A DNA stretch of 25,308 bases, from positions 1 through 25,308 of the IMG/VR virus record IMGVR_UViG_3300045963_000133; one strand, 5' to 3'. This DNA comes from a virus. Lineage: Duplodnaviria > Caudoviricetes. The notes under the pieces were generated by a model. It did no database searches and was not told the DNA's origin. It saw only the letters and a list, made by a program, of their open reading frames with translations. Shown here piece after piece: positions 24,201-25,308 of the stretch. How positions within the stretch are numbered: the first letter of the stretch is position 1; each line of letters opens with the position of its first letter. Made by a program: the position numbers and the translations under genes.

Positions 24201-25308
24201 TGCAGGGCGCTGCCGCTCTTCTCCAGCATCAGGGCGAAGCTGGGGTTGGTGAACTCTTGGTAGCTGCCGATCTGGGTGGCGCTGAGCGCCTTCATGTTGT
24301 AGGCAGCCAGCACCTTGGGGACGATGACACGGGCCACGGCCTTGCTGATCGACAGCTTGGCAGCGCTGGCCAGGCTGTTCCAGGTGGACGTGAGCTTGGC
24401 GTCGTTGGGGTCAGGCGCCACCTCGAAGATGACGCGGACCCGCTTGGGATCTACGGCTTCTTTTTCGAGCTGGGTGCGCTCGTATCTGGCGTCGAGGAAC
24501 TGCTGGCGCTCTTTTCCTTGGAGCGCATCAGCTCGCCCAGGCCCTTCACCATCCGCTTGCGCTCCTCCGGTGTCATGGCCGCCATCATCCTGTCGTGCCT
24601 GTCCTGATCCAAGTTCTCCTGCTGCGAGGATTGTTGCTTCATCGATGCCTTCCTCTTTCAAAACCTTCAGGGCTGCGCCAGCGTAGTCCTGGCTGGTGAC
24701 GGTGAGCCTGGTGCCGAGGGACCGGTACAGCTCCTGCTCAGGATACCAAATGAGAGCCTGCAGCGAGGCTGCCGGGACCCTGGTGCCGAGCTGCTTGTGG
24801 AGGATGCGCACGGCCTCCTTGACCACGGCACGCATGAGCCGGCGCTCGCCGCCACTGGCGGGTGCGTCCTTGGGCTTGTCCATGGACTTGACGATGTTGC
24901 CGGCCGCGAAGACTAGGGGCGTCTTGATCCGGGTCTTGGCGTCGAAGCCAGCACGGTTGTTCACGAAGTCGCGCTGGTGCCGCCGATCGACCTCGCGCGC
25001 CAGGTCCACGATGGCGCTCTCGTTGAACCCCATGTTCCCGTCTTCGTCCTCGACCTGCTCGCGCGCGGCGGCCACCATGGCCGGGTCGAAGTCGGCCGCG
25101 TACAGGCCATCGCTGCCGGTGTCGTCCAGCGCGGCCATGAAGTCGTTGGTCTGCTTGTCGAACTTCTTGGCGTCGAAGGATTTCAGCTTGCCGATCAGGC
25201 GGCCGATCGTGCGCATGAACCACATGTCCATGGTCACAGGCTCGAAGTTGCCGGTCAGGTTGCTGAAGAACCCGAAACCGATCTTGGGGCCAAGCACTGA
25301 CGACCCCA
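18209..25308 (-). CDS. giant polyvalent protein (>2360 aa, 5'-truncated by window edge) with C-terminal LPD38-like domain; likely virion-delivered
   Basis: The frame stays open to the window end. Modules: HhH-glycosylase-like (GPKIG..F..NL..VTMDMW..QALIW), an unknown domain, GNAT-like (GMAGGAIYQ..GDPDGIS), the SGHW..LFVEEIQSDW domain, and an LPD38-like C-terminus (YITIPVPFGFG, NRSSFGSPIVP, ISPETL). Confidence 0.85.
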   Translation of the reverse strand, partial: GSSVLGPKIGFGFFSNLTGNFEPVTMDMWFMRTIGRLIGKLKSFDAKKFDKQTNDFMAALDDTGSDGLYAADFDPAMVAAAREQVEDEDGNMGFNESAIVDLAREVDRRHQRDFVNNRAGFDAKTRIKTPLVFAAGNIVKSMDKPKDAPASGGERRLMRAVVKEAVRILHKQLGTRVPAASLQALIWYPEQELYRSLGTRLTVTSQDYAGAALKVLKEEGIDEATILAAGELGSGQARQDDGGHDTGGAQADGEGPGRADALQGKERQQFLDARYERTQLEKEAVDPKRVRVIFEVAPDPNDAKLTSTWNSLASAAKLSISKAVARVIVPKVLAAYNMKALSATQIGSYQEFTNPSFALMLEKSGSALQISKEIGFVLNQDSMMLLAPKEFKGGDSVGAIRIDIGVMNEGKVDEIYQKLREIRVNGEQVVGGQSTINGQMTVLNYSDVATDELGRLIDEKLAGAYPVGGADVYSAFPEKKDYDYGLPSNDPRGNAGLARQRARALRAEASRLLAREIRSAQAAQRSSPGAEASSEDLTLRKSVKAATEAIKEYASDFGDGMFRTPKTDAKEMPQIIKDIGGQYGIKLQAVNSKIDTRADKMYVLNISGEKDGVRYSRDSYIGVKRDAVWVNVGSMTSGMAGGAIYQIAGAYAKNNGKTFIGDPDGISEAGKRRRLENMISLALKYGTTDFMRPHEDMLHGWGGLMWSNNSDHNLMHLLNASSRVTSKLVPEIKEIRFDPRTGRFTHDGADFGRADFQRLAERSREAAPVTDRAGMPGSGTLRFAVIFKSLALGPQQAAQGRSDGSLGDGDVSPDLLRSNLTNSLGDLRSSQKQDPWYSALERRLGTVDMKAGPAQGWNGVIKGLVAKGDVKADEVEWSGINDWLALQQGKVTKDQVLQFLAGNGVKLEETVHGAGSLHKEFSSFGSARDFLREYHDQTKAEFNADYGDFSDQEVIDTANDLFAETYPDSAAQTKYHSYTLPGGTNYREVLLTLPPKVNSNDEWRAAVAQKHARSIAESAAALRYAEEKFGPFSDEAAEAQEIARQARVARDADLTEAARTKFKASAEKVNYLSGHWDQPNILAHIRVNDRTDADGKRVLFVEEIQSDWAQEGKKKGITGDLIPQNTEWQAVDTLERTASRAAAETWIRRNPPPNPGENMEARLVIREINRGTFDVLEEQRSTVSQAPNRGGVPRAPFIDKTDKWVALALKRVIKMAVDEGYDKVAFVTGDQSADRYDLSSQVNYIQWNPGFSSDLNVMRTLVQLETSGGNTIGFEVNTPAGGKGVIAEGDFEGKTLEDVLGKEIAQKINQDDSGDLRGLDLKVGGEGMKAFYDKIVPAVAKDVLRKLGGGRMESVDLADQRTSAFTGEPTGEYDITHEGQPGFDITPAMREKAADGLPMFSRKQTDNSGAFDPTNPDIRFSHQQQPVPEETRYEASRRVIQDQHLRMQKIRTWALENGAQLSLASDVYGAEERMHGRTATRIEDFREKTFKPLIERAQRAGFSLDDIAQVLHAQHADERNQQVARINPQMPDGGSGMDTADAQQILAAASPQLKAIAAQFQAITTRAKDILLRGGIITPEQSAAWSAAYQHYVPLKGGDDAEASKTGTGKGLSVNGKTKRAMGHTLREEHILENIMRDYERAVMLVEKNRVGQTMMLWLTEMADPRIGTVDQPVKRAMLVNSKQYDVRAQNPALSVATFDTRADAEKFIRDQIRVRSPGAHRLVIREMVGDPMVQYRARPMLEEHEAQVYVNGHAVRMQINDPLLAQSYKRLNSDQMGKLIQISRNINTFLSRAYTGYNPAFIPRNLIRDFGSGVIKLTGNFGVKTTAGVLAKYPKALASLLRYSFSGTSTPLIDQYRASGGSTGAAYLGDLERIGTDIQKQYEEYVGVKALAMQGRYKASARVAAGKVIGGLAGWIERLNGATENAMRLAAFEQVLQETGSVDQAASAGKNSTLNFNRKGEMGGTLGALYLFFNPNVQDTASIIDMFTKGKHKGQAMALVWGMLASAYSLAALQFGGGDDDYQRWLKISNNVKDRNLILRTGEDTYITIPVPFGFGIFHSLGNAMFDLQRGSSINELSVSIANSLLSNFSPVGNPLEGAKTWGTADPKGLVELIPGYAGGELFRDAARIVANRSSFGSPIVPDSKFDEGRPDFLRLNRSTKGSSYDMLARGMSDLTGGTATQSGAVDISPETLKFWASALTGGTGTFLSDLTHLAGLGVRAGMSNPDNDALAPERHEIPILRDYTKQERVTDSRRAFWDASNEAKAALLDFQRAAKAGDEDGMNKVSADNEELLALARGAKGYQKQIKSLRDRVDEINGDKTLSLAYQRGAVKQLERDEAEVYDQFLRSVTLGRAEALKRKAGL
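22846..23097 (-). CDS. nested +1-frame ORF C (83 aa, TTG start)
   Basis: SD AAGGAG 7 nt before TTG 23097. Sequence is protein-like and amphipathic (TLEELISSVWQNDPERLRPSLTERECRAVELYV). Confidence 0.55.
   Translation of the reverse strand: MTPAPEDSPTTEQTLEELISSVWQNDPERLRPSLTERECRAVELYVSRSFSSRSHWDLNKLRKGGLMAAWGMVMSAPICFGAI
23695..23856 (-). CDS. nested +1-frame ORF B (53 aa, MAYRRMTPEETQAWLGSGLVLFGQK...)
   Basis: SD AAGGA 8 nt before ATG 23856. 41 of 53 codons end in G/C. Confidence 0.58.
   Translation of the reverse strand: MAYRRMTPEETQAWLGSGLVLFGQKPPVSSPAKSVQPKQPSVPALAPKQAPKT
24451..24642 (-). CDS. nested +1-frame ORF A (63 aa) inside the giant gene
   Basis: SD AGAGGA 8 nt before the ATG. 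30 of the first 34 codons end in G/C, versus 11 of 34 for the host frame over the same span. Confidence 0.6.
   Translation of the reverse strand: MKQQSSQQENLDQDRHDRMMAAMTPEERKRMVKGLGELMRSKEKSASSSSTPDTSAPSSKKKP

Overview
This is a GC-rich stretch of a temperate tailed phage, probably of a (beta)proteobacterial host. It appears to be the non-integrated form, because attP is intact with phage genes on both sides. From left to right it contains five blocks. (1) 1-2459 (+): a cluster of small accessory genes, including an HD-domain Mesh1/SpoT-like hydrolase. (2) 2360-8493 (-): an early replication operon with cro-like, ParB-like, SF2 helicase, TOPRIM primase, DUF1064 nuclease, NrdR-type Zn-ribbon, DUF968-like and wHTH genes. 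(3) A lambdoid switch: cI with an S24 domain, and five AWCAC-N4-GTGWT-type operators. (4) 9343-17526 (+): an operon with ERF, YqaJ/lambda-type exonuclease, SSB, DUF2303, MazG, DUF3310, Xis and tyrosine integrase, followed by attP (3' half of tRNA-Cys, IHF site, arm repeats) and a Lar-like gene. (5) The 3' 7.1 kb of a giant polyvalent (LPD38-type) protein on the - strand. The top finding is inside the giant gene. Each of three consecutive modules is followed by a short ORF nested on the same strand in the +1 frame. Each has its own Shine-Dalgarno sequence, and two of them (counted) clearly take over the GC3 codon bias. This suggests overprinted antitoxin/immunity or chaperone genes hidden in the linkers of a modular effector polyprotein. 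Two intergenic regions (4181-4423 and 12865-12960) look like structured RNAs or an origin. All family assignments come from motif recognition by eye; no searches were run.
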